Of a stretch of 64,000 nt of DNA, positions 1 through 12,505 are shown one piece after another. The first letter of the stretch is position 1. Every line of letters begins with the position of its first letter. Made by a program: the position numbers and the translations under genes. Under the pieces are notes generated by a model. That model made no database searches, was not told where the DNA came from, and worked only from the letters and a program-made list of their open reading frames with translations. Source of the DNA: Octopus sinensis (lineage: Eukaryota); assembly GCF_006345805.1 (NCBI RefSeq), contig NC_043013.1:5704001-5768000 (forward strand), in the 5' to 3' direction.

Positions 1-1
1 A

Positions 2-213
2 GGGCCTTACTATACATAAATGCCTCATACTACGAGGCACTCTTAAAGTCAAAACTACCATAATAAACCCATTGCACCGAACGCGAGGGAATGCAACTCT
101 CAAAGCGAGCCTTTTAAAAACAGATTCAGCCACAGATTATATGATTTCATATGATTTGTGCACTAATTATGAAATCATATGATCTGCGGAGGCATTTATG
201 TATAGTAATACCC
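2..213. mobile_element. MITE with ~25-bp terminal inverted repeats and TTAA flank (Kolobok-like)
   Basis: gggccttactatacataaatgcctc at the start pairs with gaggcatttatgtatagtaataccc (189-213), followed by TTAA; the left flank is cut by the window edge. Confidence 0.7.
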
Positions 214-354
214 TTAATATATATATTTTCAGTCAACCAGAATATGCTATGGAGTTCATTGTTTGTGAAAGTTATATGTTAAAAAATCTGTGTTTTTGGA
301 GATGTAGAATGATTCTAAATGTCTAAGATGTATGCAAATTAACACTATTTGTAG

Positions 355-461
355 CCAATCAAAGCAGCTCCTCCTGGGAAGAAATATGTCCGGTGCCCAT
401 GTCATTGTCTCCTCATCTGCAAGGGAGCTTCTCAAAGAATTGCTTGCCCTCGACCAGATTG
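355..461 (+). CDS. TMEM55: TMEM55/PIP4P PtdIns(4,5)P2 4-phosphatase, internal exon carrying the CX5R motif
   Basis: tttgtag| ... |gtaaga; translates [36 protein letters not shown], matching recalled vertebrate TMEM55A/B; upstream exons lie outside the window. Confidence 0.95.
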
Positions 462-599
462 GTAAGAAAGTCTCCTTTTTACCTTCTCCCCCTTCAATCT
501 TTTCCCCACTGTCTTTACTCTCTTTCCTCCTTCTGCTTTCTTCATTCTATTTTCCGTTTCCCCTTCTTTTAAACTCAAGATGTGATTAGTTCTTCATCC

Positions 600-1203
600 A
601 AAACCCTGCTGATGTCAACTTTGCCTTTCATCCTTTTGGGGTTAGTAAAATAAAGTACCAGTCAAGGGCAGGGGTCAATGTAATCAATTATCCCCTTCTG
701 CTAAAATCGCTGGCCTTGTGCTAAAATTATTATTATTATTATTATTATTATTAAGGTAGCAAGCTAGCAGAATCATTGCCATGCTGGACAAAATGCTTAG
801 CAGTATTTTGCCCATCGTTATATTCTGAGTTCAAATTTCACCAAGGTCAATTTTGCCCTCTATCCTTTCAGGGTCAATTAATTAAGTATCAGTTGAATAC
901 TGGGGCTGATGTAATTGGCTATCACCTTTTCTCCAAATTTCAGGCCTTATGCCTATTGTAGAAAAGATTATTATTATTATTAAGGTGGTGAGCTGGTAGA
1001 ATTGTTAGCATGCCGGGCAAAATGCAGTTAAGCATTTTGCCCATGGTTCCATTCTGAGTTCAAATTCTGTCAAGGTATACTTTGCCTTTCATCTTTTTAG
1101 GGTTCATAAAATAAGCACCCGTTGAGTATTGGATCAATGTAATTGATTATCCCTCTCTCCACAAAATTCCAGGCCTTTGTGCCTATGGTAAAAAGGGTTA
1201 TTA
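600..1203 (+). mobile_element. Three tandem copies (one partial) of tRNA-derived SINE family A with a Meta/MESC-like core
   Basis: head ggtggcgagctggcagaa...gagttcaaat (B box), core ctttgcctttcatcctttcggggtcgataaaataagtaccag, (TTA)n tails; further copies near 3775, 7775, 14935, 15240, 16860, 36935, 40410(-), 53580(-), 61440(-); core name is from memory. Confidence 0.8.
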
Positions 1204-1326
1204 TAATCTGGTAGAATCAATAGAACAGTAGACAAAATACCTTGTGGTTTTGTATCCATTTGAAATTCTGATTATAACTCCCACCCAAGCTGACTTCACC
1301 TGTCCTACCAGGAGCAACGAAATATG

Positions 1327-1827
1327 TACCATAACACCATTTTTTCCCCAAAATTTAAAGGTCAAAATCCCTAGTGCGTACTATATACGAGGTTAAAAAT
1401 GAAAATTATTTTCAAAGCAACGTCGGAGTCTCTATTTGCTGTCCGGCAATGTTTATTCAGACGCATTTTGTGATGTCGGGCGCGGAAATACCTTAAGCTA
1501 AGCCTGAAAGCAATGAAGTCATAAAAGAATCATCCATAACTTGCAGAAAGCAACATTTATTAAACGTTATTACTGTTATTTCTTTATTTTCTGCAAACAA
1601 AATGCACAAAAAAGCTACACGTTTGCATTATGTTATATATACAATAATAATAAAGGATGTTACCATATACAGTTTTACAAACCAAGGACGTTATATAGAC
1701 CTCCTTGGCTCAAGTTAGAGAAGGGGTGCGTATTATACACAAGGTTTATGCTTTTCAGAGGTACAGCTCCCTAAAAATCCCCTGCGTATTATACTCAAGG
1801 GCGGACTATACTCAAGGATTTACGATA
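1327..1827. mobile_element. pogo/Tigger-type non-autonomous DNA transposon
   Basis: repeated subterminal gcgtattatac motifs and a terminus tatactcaaggatttacgata resembling ...tacggta ends. Confidence 0.5.
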
Positions 1828-2294
1828 CTTGTTAAGTCCTTAGAGCAATATAGGGGACTCTATCCTTTTAAGTGTACAACTTTGTCCCTATGTTATAATA
1901 ATGTGTGTGTGTGTGTGTGTGTGCATGCTGTCTGTGTGTTAAGAAATCTTCCTAGTTACCTGGTTCCAAGTTCAGTTCTGCTGCTTGGCACCTTATTCCT
2001 CATAATGTAGTGAAACAGCAGGAAGACCAAATAAAATATATCTTGGGGCTTATTTAGTTATGTCCCCTAATGTTTGCCTTTCAGCTATTCTTGAGTCATT
2101 AACTCTTTGCCTGTCCAAAGCATAAATTTCTCCGAAATGTCCATGCTTTTTTTAAAACTTTTAATTAGCCCTTTCGTACATTCTCATTAATATAATGCCT
2201 TCCTTTCATAACTCCCAAGTTACTCCTAGGTTTGAAATGTGTATTATGAATGCTAGGAAAGTATGTCTTTTGTATCACATGTGATACACACACA

Positions 2295-2618
2295 GGTACT
2301 CTGTCAGTTATGATGATGAGGGTTCCAGTTGAACCAATCAACGGAACAGCCTACTCATGAAATTAACGTGCAACTGGCTGAGCGCTCCACAGACATGCGT
2401 ATCCTTAACGTAATTCTCAGGGAGATTCAGCATGATACAGAATGCGATGAGGCTGACCCTTTGAATTACAAGTACAACTCATTTTTGCCAGCTGAGTGGA
2501 CTGGAGCAATGTGAAATAAAGTGTCTTGCTCAAGGACACAATACCCTGCTGAGAATTGAACTCATGACCTTATGATCATCAACTGAATACCCAAACCACT
2601 AAGCCATGTGTCTTCACC
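2295..2618 (-). mobile_element. tRNA-derived SINE family D (CORE/V-like gtgtccttgagcaagacact core)
   Basis: A/B boxes tggcttagtgg and gagttcaattc on -; related copies at 17030-17360, 39545-39800 and 58710-58960. Confidence 0.75.
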
Positions 2619-3350
2619 TGTGATGTACAGCACTGGCAAAGGCTTATGTAACAACCACTCAAATGCCAGGAAAGCATTCATTGAATTCATACGATACATA
2701 TTTTAGACCAGACCCTGTATAGTACATATTTCCCTGTTAATGTAACTTGAACCTGGGTTTGATATGTTTTTATACTCAGTGTCTGTGGACAGAGATTTTT
2801 CTCCAAGACAAAATCCCACAACAAATGCCTCTCACATTCGAATGTGCAAGAGCGTGCAAAAAGTTAGTCCACACTTTATCATATTAATGTTGGCGGCTTC
2901 GTCTGCTTGTGCTATATTAATTCTCCTTTGGTAACACACCATTGAAAAACCCTGTTTGCTATTTTTTGTGAAAAGCATTCTGCCTTCATTTCAGCTAACA
3001 GAAGAGGTAAAAATCTCCCTGGAACATTGTCTGGATTCCTGCTGATGTCACTTGGAATTCAACCCAATGAGTTTTATACATAAAGTGTAAAGAGAGACTG
3101 TTTTTTCCAAGGCAAAATCCAGCAGCAAATGCCTTTCACATTCTGATATGCAGGAGTATATAAAAATACATGTACAACCAAAAGCATCCAGTCTTAGAAA
3201 GCAGGTTTTAGGAAAGGCGTCCAGTCTTAGAGACCATACCAAAACAGACATTGGAGCCAATATAATCCTTTAGTTCATTGGGACCTGTTCAACTGTCCAA
3301 CCCACTCCAGCATAGAAGACGAATGTTAAATAATGATCTTTATAAAAATA

Positions 3351-3752
3351 CTAGCAGTATTGCCCAGCGTTGCTCGGGTTTTTTCAATCCTTTTTTCAAT
3401 CCTTTAGAATTGGAATTTTTGAAAAGTAAAAATTTTCATTATATAGCTTGTTATTCTCTTTAAGTAAACATTTTTCTGGTTGAAATACACCGTAAAATGG
3501 CGACACAGCAGTCAAAAAGTCGTCAAAAATAGGGATTTTCATAGAAAAAAAGCACCTTTTTAATGTAAATAATTTTTGGTGTTAACATGGTCCGATTTGA
3601 ATTTTTTCTTCTACGGAAGGAAGAGCAAGCCTTCTTCTATCATACTCTCAATTTTGGTCAACTTGCACGGCAAGGTCTCGGAGGAGATAATGTTAGTTGA
3701 AGGCTACCAAACCTGCCATACACAGACAACCTCAGCTTTAAATATATAGAGA
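3351..3752 (-). mobile_element. Non-autonomous Helitron
   Basis: On -, 5' TC followed by tatat...; 3' GC hairpin cccgagcaacgctggg then CTAG; sits between A and T with no TSD. Confidence 0.75.
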
Positions 3753-4390
3753 TTAATTACTATATTTCTATATGGTGGCGAGTTGCCACATTCATTAGCA
3801 TGCCAGGCTAATGCTTGGCAGCATTTATGTCATTGTGTTCTGAGTTCAAATTCTGCCAAGGTCAATTTTGCCTTTCAGCCCTTTGGTGTTGATGAAATAA
3901 GTGCTAGTTGATCCCTGCGGTCCATCTTATCAACTTACCCTTCCCTAAAATTGCTGGCCTTGTGCCAAACTTTAAAGCTCTTACACTTGACTTTCCCCTT
4001 CTGGCTCAGTCCTGGCATTTGCTTTCACCATCACCAAACTGGCCAGAATAAATTAATCAGGGAGCCTCTACATATTCACTCAGTCTGCTAGAAATAGCAA
4101 TCAAAACTCTTTCAAATACACCTTATTGTCTTATAAATGGTGAGGCTACATAAAATAATGTAGTCCTAGACATATTTTACAAAAAAAAAGTCGAACGGTA
4201 ATAGGTAGAATTCTTTGATCACAAAAGTTTGCTGGATTAGGGGATGAACTACGGCTAAACAACAACAATAATAAACAAATCTTCCTCCTGACTTCTCACT
4301 CACCTTGATGCCTGTCCAGTTAACCAATTCTGTGTTTGACATCTCAGCCATTTACACCTGTAACCTGTTCTATTTCTGTTTCAATTGTAG

Positions 4391-4487
4391 CAAAAGAATT
4401 ATCAATCTCAGTCCTGCTCCAACAGTTATGATGCATTCACCTGGAACCAGTCACATTGAGTGTGCACATTGTGCCAAAACATTTTTG
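4391..4487 (+). CDS. TMEM55: TMEM55 exon
   Basis: ttgtag| ... |gtaatt; KRIINLSPAPTVMMHSPGTSHIECAHCAKTFL; phase matches the previous exon. Confidence 0.93.
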
Positions 4488-4527
4488 GTAATTATTTAGC
4501 TTTTTTTTCTGTTTTTTTTTCATGAAT

Positions 4528-4751
4528 TTAACCCGTTAGCATTCAGATTAATTTGTCAACTGTAATGCTTATGTATCCACATTGTTTTGAATGAATTCTG
4601 CATTGTCTTGTAGTTTTGAGATTTTGATGATTGTTTATTTTTAGGAGGACATAGTAGAGTAGGTGTGAAAGGTTTGGTCAGGCCAGTTTGAACATACAGT
4701 AGATAGAATATTTGGGCTTGATTCAGCCGGTTTAAATGCTAAAGGCTTAAA
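4528..4751. mobile_element. piggyBac-type MITE (ttaaccc...gggttaa family)
   Basis: TTAA flanks with short TIRs; homologous copies at 22888-23091, 36656-36882 and a partial copy near 59313-59440. Confidence 0.7.
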
Positions 4752-5128
4752 CTCTTCACCATTTCCAATTACAGCCTACATGGGACTATTAGTTTTCATG
4801 TTACAAACTGCCCCTTTCTTACCTAAAAATACCACCCCAGTTTCCATGTTACATACTGTACCTGCCAGACCCTAAATACCCATATTAAAAAGTTCAGGTT
4901 TTAATTAAAATTTCAACCAAAATGAGTTTTCAGGAGACTAAAGTTCAAATATAAGTTTTAGAAAGTAGTTGTATACTGTCAACTTAATGTGACAGTCCCA
5001 TGAAGGGAATCATGCTATTGCTATTTAGCCCTAAGAAGCAGCAATGCTTCCTGTCGGTCTTGACACATTTCCTGTGTCCTTATGTTTGCAAGGGGGAGAT
5101 AAGCACCCCCACCCAGCTAAGCCTGCAA

Positions 5129-5169
5129 CCAGAGACTAGTTTCTGAGTCTTTGCTTGTCATCAGTCTGG
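5129..5169 (-). ncRNA. Decayed minimal type I hammerhead ribozyme (Penelope/retrozyme type)
   Basis: Minus strand reads CCAGA-CUGAUGA-caagcaaagacuca-GAAA-CUAG-UC-UCUGG: perfect 5-bp stem I, intact core boxes, palindromic tetraloop III; stem II has two mismatches. Confidence 0.65.
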
Positions 5170-6247
5170 ACTAGCATGGCCTGCTAGTTTGGAGATGCCT
5201 GTCTAGCCTTTACAAACATATAAGAATTCTAGTGAAATACATTCACTGATTACAAAAATAGAAATAATATATTTCTAAATATCTCAGATTTATGCAGTAG
5301 TGGTGGTACGATAAAGTAGTTGTATACTGTCACATTAAGTTGACATAATGTGGTGGCACACTGTGCCAGGAGGTTAATTGTCGCTGTCATTGTTTCATGG
5401 TCTTCTACATAACTTAGATAATGAAACAAAATTGGGAGTGTGCATATATGTGAGAGAGTGGAGGTATGTGTAATGTGTGCATGCCTGCCATTAGCATCCG
5501 TATGTGTGGGAATTGAGGGAGAGAACTTGCTTTTATGAAAAACCTTGTTTATCCTCAGAATTATAAACAAGTAAAATATTCCGTTTCAATAGTTTCAATC
5601 AGTTAACTTTGTTCAGTATATTTTGTTGCATATATGTTATTAGGTACTATATATATAATTTGTGTGTGTGTGTATATATATATTCATGTATGTATAGAGT
5701 GTTGGAAGTGGTGTACATCATCATCAATATGTTAATGTCCATTTTCCATGCTGGCATGGGTTGGACAGCTTGACAGGCCAGCTGACAAGGCCAGAGAGAG
5801 CACCAAGTTCCATAATCTCTTTTGGCTTGGTTTCTATGGCTGGATGCTCTTCCTAACACCAACCACTTTACAATGTGTACTGGGTGCTTTTTACTTAGCA
5901 CTCTGGTTTTAAGATCTCAGTTCTGTTGTAGTGGATGTGTCGTCTCAAGTACAGCAATGCATAACATATCTTGGTCCTTTGTCACCTCCATATGGTTCAG
6001 CATTTAGGATTTAGATAAAAATGATTTATCTAGTGCTTTCATCTCTTTTGAGAGATTCACCATGAATGGTATATTTTTATAGAATATTTGTACATTTTTA
6101 TATATGTATGTAAAATTTAGAGCTGAGTTTTTCTTGGGTTTTGGGAGAAGTTGGATGTTCTTTGTCATTTTGAATCTGTGTGTGTGTGTGTGTGTGTAAG
6201 TATTTGTGTAGTGAATTTTTGGAGGCTTGGTTAGAAAGAGAAAGCTA

Positions 6248-7090
6248 TTTGAGGTGGTATCAAAAAGTTTCAGGATTAATTATATTTATAAAAAGCAACT
6301 TATGTAAGTTTTAACATCATCTCCTTCGAAATAGTCACCTTATGCAGCAATACACTGGTCCCAGCATTCCTGCCACTTTTGGAATCCAGCCAGGAAGTCG
6401 TTTTTTGTGAGTGAGTCGAGAACATTCTGTGATTCAGTCTAGATCTTAACGGTGTTAAAATGGTGGCCTTTGGGCCGCATTTTTATCTTGGGGAAGAGAT
6501 GGAAGTCCGCAGGTGGGGAAGTGCTATCATGTTGTTATTAGTGAGAATCTCAAAAGCAAGGAGAGATTAGTGACAGGGTGCATTGTTGTTGTGAAGAATC
6601 CAATTCTTTTTGCTCCACAGATTTGGTTGCTTTTGCTGATCCAGTTGTTTTTCCCTCAAACACTTCAAAATGTCACAGTAGAACTTTTGATTGATGGTCC
6701 GGCTCCAAGGGTGATGCTCATGGCAGATCTTCCAGATCACTCATTGCCTTCCAGAGACATTCTTCTACTTTTGAAGTGGCCGTGCCACTCGAAACATTGC
6801 ATGCGACCCATTGCCTCTTTGCTGGAACATGCTCAATGTTCTTTGTAGCAGACTTCCCACGTTTAACACAGAATTTCACATTGGTTCCTATTCTTCTCCA
6901 TGACAAAATTTCAGGCTACCACATGCACATCATCACAAATTTCACAACTTGCAAAGTAAACACAGTGATGTCACTCAGCATACTGCCTCATGAAAGGTCA
7001 CTGTTAGCTCTCACTGCACGCACAATTGCGTGCTGCCATCTGTTGGCATGCTATGGAACTAGTCTGGGGACTTTTTGATACTACGTTGTA
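6248..7090 (-). mobile_element. Internally deleted mariner transposon relic
   Basis: TIRs gaggtggtatcaaaaagt / actttttgatactac; frameshifted transposase pieces NVKFCVKRGKSAT, CFEWHGHFKS, LHNNNAPCH and WDQCIAA*GDYFEGD. Confidence 0.85.
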
Positions 7091-7240
7091 TACATAAAAA
7101 TTATGAATAAAAACATTTAAAATGCAATGTTGATCTTTAATACTTGGTGGTTACTTCTGATCAAGCCAGTGGAACATCCACTGTGCCAGCTAATAATAAT
7201 AATAATAATAATAATAATTTGAAATATTAATTTGTTGCAG

Positions 7241-7290
7241 TTTAATGTTCGATCAACATCATTGGTACGATGTCCACATTGTCGGCGAGT
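7241..7290 (+). CDS. TMEM55: TMEM55 exon
   Basis: tttgttgcag| ... |gtaagt; FNVRSTSLVRCPHCRRV (family motif RCPHCRKV). Confidence 0.93.
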
Positions 7291-8371
7291 GTAAGTACTC
7301 AGTTTATCTATCTATCTATACATACATGTGTGTGTATATATATATACACACATGCAACTCTGAATTGTCAATACCATAGTAAAGAGTTTGTCTTAGAATT
7401 AATATTTGTACACAAGTGTATGGGATACTCAACCACTCATATGCTAATTTGATGAGCAGGTATTTTAGTTGATCAAATAACTGAACCTTTGTTATTGAAT
7501 GACAATCATCTTATTTATTGTCATTTAAGTTTGTACACTCTACTGCAACACAACACCCTACCTTCATCATAATACAGTATTCTACACTATACCGCAATGC
7601 AGTGCTGTACTGCAACATACTACAGGATCCTGCCTACATCATAATACAGCAAAGCTACAATATATGGTGGACTCCCTTGTTACTTTGACGAATGAGGCTT
7701 CTGCAAATCACAGTTTCTGGTGCTGGCATTTTGGTTTCCTGAACAACCTGTGTGATGACCATTATTAAAATGAGCAAGCTGGCAGAATTGTTAGCCGACT
7801 GGACAAGATGCTTAATGGCATTTTGTCTGTCTGCCTTCAGTTCAAATGCTGCTGAGATTGACATCTGCCTTCAGCATAGATGAAATTAAGTACCAGTTGA
7901 GTACAGAGTGAGGTTGATGCAATCAATTATCCCCCCTTCCCCCAAATTTCAGGCCTTGTGCCTATAGTAGAAAGGATTATTGTAGCAGGTATGGCTTGTG
8001 CAGAACCAGTCCCACTGGCTTGCCTTTCAGACTTGTATAGGTCTATTGCAACAAGTGTTTTGAGCCTAGTAGTTATCAGGAGGTGGGATCTGAATAGAGT
8101 TACCTTCTCTTAGATGAGCAGCTGTAGAGCTGAAGGGTCTCATCTCTCCTGGGTCCACTGGGGCGTTTACGAGAGACCTTTTTTACAGAGGCAATTTCTT
8201 TATCATCATGCTAATTAACCCATATCGGTGTCCTGACAAGTTCTGCTACTCTGGGTCAGTTTAGCCCTAGGAATAATACATACACTATTGCAGTACAGTT
8301 CTTTTTTCTACTGAATTTCCTCTCCTTTTCAATGGTTTCTGATCTTCCCATGTGTTTCTGTAATCTTTCAG

Positions 8372-8462
8372 TTCAGCAGTTGGACCTTCGTATGTGCGGA
8401 AAAAAGCAATTGTTTATACAGCGTTAGGTGTAATTCTCTTGGGAACTGCCATAGTACTGACA
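8372..8462 (+). CDS. TMEM55: TMEM55 exon, first transmembrane segment
   Basis: ctttcag| ... |gtaagg; SAVGPSYVRKKAIVYTALGVILLGTAIVLT. Confidence 0.92.
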
Positions 8463-9555
8463 GTAAGGAATCCTTATTTTCTCTCTTCTGTATTAGAATC
8501 ATTTACCATTCCAAACAATGTTTGTTGTTTTCCCTTTTACAGATTTCTATTTCACTGTTCAAAACTTGATTTCAGAAAATTTCTGAGACAAGTCCCTGTT
8601 AATTAAATTGTATTTCGTTTTTGGATTTGGTTTTTAAGATTCTTGATTCACATTCAAACTAGTGTGTCAAAAAGTAGTTTTTTTTTTTTTTTTGTTGTGT
8701 CCAGGAGAGATTCATTATGCCAATAACATGTATGTGCTTGTCAGCATAATGAAACTTTCAATTTACAACTAAACCAAATCATAATTTGATTTTGAGAGCC
8801 ATTCCTGAAACTGATCTGGAGCAGGGAGGGCATGTCGTTGAAGAGGCCACAAATGATGACAAAAGAACTTTGGTAAAAACACTTGATTAGCTGAATGATT
8901 AATTGAACAATCGATTAGTTGATTGTTATTTGTCAACTGGTTAGTTATTTAACCAAAGAAATGAATTAGAACTAGTGTATGTGTGTGTGTTATTGGCATT
9001 ATGACCCTCCCCAGATACGACTAATTCTGTTTCAACACACACATTCACATCAAGGATCTTGCAAACCAAATACAGAAACAAAATATTCCACATTAAAATT
9101 TATCTACTTAATTGCTTCATCTTTAGAAACAAGAATTTTTCTTTTAATATTGATATTTACACTGTTTCATCTCGTTCATTCCTTGATTATTCTTGGGTTT
9201 GTTTCATTCCTGGATGAATACATAATTCTAGACTGGACTTGAACATGGTTAAGGAACCGAAATTCCTAGTTAGAGTCCTGTCTGTTACTTTATGCACATC
9301 CAGAAAAGAAAACACCTGTTAATGATTACAAATTGAAACTAGATATCAGTACAAATATTAAATCATCTTTGATTATTTCTAATGGTGAGGTTAATTGAAA
9401 TGAAAGATTGTCTTTAGTGTGTGTTTGTAAAAGAGTCAGTTGTCTCTATCCTTGTGTGTGTATAAAGGGCCTTCTTTAGTTAGTCTTTCCAGGACTGTTT
9501 GTGTGTGATTGTAAATGGCCAGATGCCTGTATTCTTTAATACTCTTCTCTTGCAG

Positions 9556-9610
9556 GTGATGACTTACCAGCTTGCTATGAAAAACAAAGGAATATATGCT
9601 GCCTGGGCAG
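9556..9610 (+). CDS. TMEM55: TMEM55 exon, luminal loop
   Basis: ctcttgcag| ... |gtgagt; VMTYQLAMKNKGIYAAWA (family motif GIYAAWA). Confidence 0.93.
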
Positions 9611-9715
9611 GTGAGTAAAAGAGAATTTCCTGCTAGTTTCAGTTGGTAACTAAAACACATTTGGTTTTAATAATGTAAATCTAAGAACAAAGATATTAGA
9701 ACAACTCACAAATTA

Positions 9716-9758
<43 letters not shown>

Positions 9759-11507
9759 ATACATACATACACACACACACCGTCTCCTTTGATTCAATCC
9801 TTAACCATGACAGTTCTTCAGGCTTATACTCCCATTATATAAACTACCATAGAAAACATATAAAACTCCATATTTGCCGCATCTAACTCCACACACACCA
9901 CGTGCATGCACACAAACACAGTCGCACACGCATGCGCACACACACACTTCCTAACATGCATGTGCAGTCACACATGCATGCACAGTCACTCACTGTCACA
10001 CACACATATGCACATGCGTGTGTACACACATGTACAGTTATACACACACACATACTGGACAAATCTCTTCCCAAAACTATCCGCGTCCACTCTTCCAGGT
10101 TCACTGCATTGCAAACCCATGTGCCAAGTGGGAAAGTGTCTTGGGTCATTTTAATCCCACAAAGCCCCCATCCCTGACAATGTTCCCCACTTCCATTGCC
10201 TGCAAATGATGCACTCCAGAGCCATCCCATTTTCCTCAGCAAACACATCAGTCTCCTTTCATTCCTCTTACCCTGTCTGTCTGTCTGTCTCTCAAGACAT
10301 TATCATCATTTAATGTGCTCGTTTCCATACTTAAATAGGTTAGATGGAATTTATTGATGCAGATTTTCAATTGCCAGATGCCTCGCCTGTCTCCAAACAA
10401 GGTGATATTTTCCCCACAGAAGGCTGGATATAAACAAACTTACATGTAGGATTGTGACACTTGTTTACAGCCACCATGTGATGTCACAACAAAGGTACAC
10501 ACACACACACACACACACCTATTTATGATAGGTTTCTTCCAGTTTGTCTGCCAAATCCTCTCACAAGATTTTGGTTGGCCAGAGGCTATAATAGAAGACA
10601 CTTGATGCCGTGCAGTGGGACTGAAGCTGAGATTATATGGTTAAAAATCCAGCTTTGTAACCACACAGCCATTATGCTATATAAAATTGTTGTTAACACC
10701 AAGTCAAGGTCTACAACCAATCATAGAGGGCCATAACTCCAAATAAAAACTGACTTTGATTGCAACAACTTGTCTTAACCTATGGCAGCAAAGAAAAGGG
10801 AACTTGAGGCAGATGACAATGATCTGCTTGAGTCAGAAATGAGTGCAAAGGAACCTTTTTTTTTCTCTTTCTTTTTATTTACCTCTGGAGGATTGGAAAT
10901 TTTTCAATGGCTAAAATCAAGAAGCTCTACTGATGCTCTCTTTATAGTTTGGCAACTGCAGGAGAAGTACTTAGCAAAAAAGTAAACCACTGTACTTTGT
11001 ATCCATTGATCTAAGAAAGCCTTTGACTGGGCGGTGAAAACCGTGAAAACAGCCTACACATGGTAACATACAATGAGCTTCCTTCAGTTTCTACCTACCA
11101 AATTCACTCAAGGCTTTGCTTGGCCCAGCGTTACAGTAGGAGTCATTTACCCAAGGTGGCTATGCAATGGGACTGAACCTGAAACCATGTTGTTGAGAGG
11201 TAAACTTCTTAACCACACAGCCATGCTTGCACCTATTTGTGTGTGTGTGTGTGTACATACAGACATTTTCCTTTGTGTACTTGCAATCCTGTTCTGTTTA
11301 TAAAACAGAAGAAAACATGAATCACGCAAGTCCAGAGCCAACTCCTTCCCTTCACTCCCAGCAGATCACCAGTGCCTGACCTACAGCAGAACCATCCAAG
11401 CACACATCGAACTGATTGGCAGAGCTGGACGCACAATGCCCTGTTGTCTTCTCCCATGTGATATCCCTAGTCACTGTCGACGACAAACTAATAATACACA
11501 CGCACAT

Positions 11508-11806
11508 AAAAAGCACCATCCGAACGTGGCTGATGCCAGCGCCGCCTTGGCTGGCTTCCGTGCCGGTGGCACGTTAAAAGCTCCAACCGATCGTGGCCGA
11601 TGCCGGACCCCCTGGCACCTGTGCAGGTGGCACGTAAAAAGCACCCACTACACTTGCGGAGTGGTTGGCGTTAGGAAGGGCATCCAGCTGTAGAAACTCT
11701 GCCAGATCAGACTGGAGCCTGGTGCAGCCCCTGGCTTCCCAGACCCCGGTCGAACCGTCCAACCCGTGCTAGCGCGGAAAACGGACGTTAAATGATGATG
11801 ATGATG
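11508..11806 (+). mobile_element. 5'-truncated RTE LINE 3' UTR copy with (TGA)n tail
   Basis: Same sequence as the 3' UTR of the RTE at 50516-53329; other copies at 5715-5900(-), 11850-12308, 18340-18675(-), 37058-37250(-), 54678-55020(-), 59850-60050 and 62100-62360. Confidence 0.8.
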
Positions 11807-12419
11807 TATATATACATGTATGCACACACATACATATATACGTGTGTATGGATGAGGACAGCTGTATAAAGAAGTGCCAAGCTCTAATTGTGGAAGGTAC
11901 CTGTGGGAGGGGGTTGTCCCAGGAAGGTATGGGACGAAGTGGTGAGAAAGGATCTTTGGATGTTGGGCCTCACTGAGAAAACGACAAGGGACTGGGAGGT
12001 GTGGTGATTTGCTGTACTTGATGAGACATGTCAATCTAAGTAAAATCGCTGTCTTCCACAAAAACAGGGTTGTCCTTTTGGGTGTCAGTGCTGTGTAAAC
12101 GCACCCTTGCCAGTGGCACATAAAAAGTACCTGACACGCTGTTCACCCAGCACACTCTGTAAAATGGTTGACATCAGGAGGGGCATCCAGCCATAGAAAC
12201 CATGTCACAACAGACAGTTGGAGCCTAAACGCTTCCCTTCTAGCCAGCTCCATCTCAAACCATCCAACCCATGCCAGCATGGAAAACAGACATTAAACTA
12301 TGATGATGCACACACACAAACACATATGTATATGCACACACACAAACACATACATACATATATGCACACACACATGCATACAAATACATTGTTTTAATTT
12401 TTTTGTATTGTTTTTTCAG

Positions 12420-12505
12420 TGGCGTTTATCTTGACGGCTCTTTTCTTGCTGCGAGCTCTGTGTTTAGGAACCATGAAAGTCAGCCATATCCGACGCCCTG
12501 TGTAG
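12420..12505 (+). CDS. TMEM55: TMEM55 terminal coding exon, second transmembrane segment and stop
   Basis: ttttttcag|; VAFILTALFLLRALCLGTMKVSHIRRPV*; MKVSH motif; phases are consistent across all six exons. Confidence 0.93.

Noticed and set aside
332-589. 85-aa ORF from the track
   Set aside because: Wrong frame; the real TMEM55 exon (355-461) is in another frame
2740-3145. Pair of intronic H/ACA snoRNAs (both have ACAttc)
   Set aside because: Similarity continues beyond the ACA, and no convincing two-hairpin fold or H box was seen
9883-10248. His/Thr/Cys-rich short ORFs (also 36002-36667 and 53976-54375)
   Set aside because: Products of (CA)n or (GATA)n microsatellites and LINE debris
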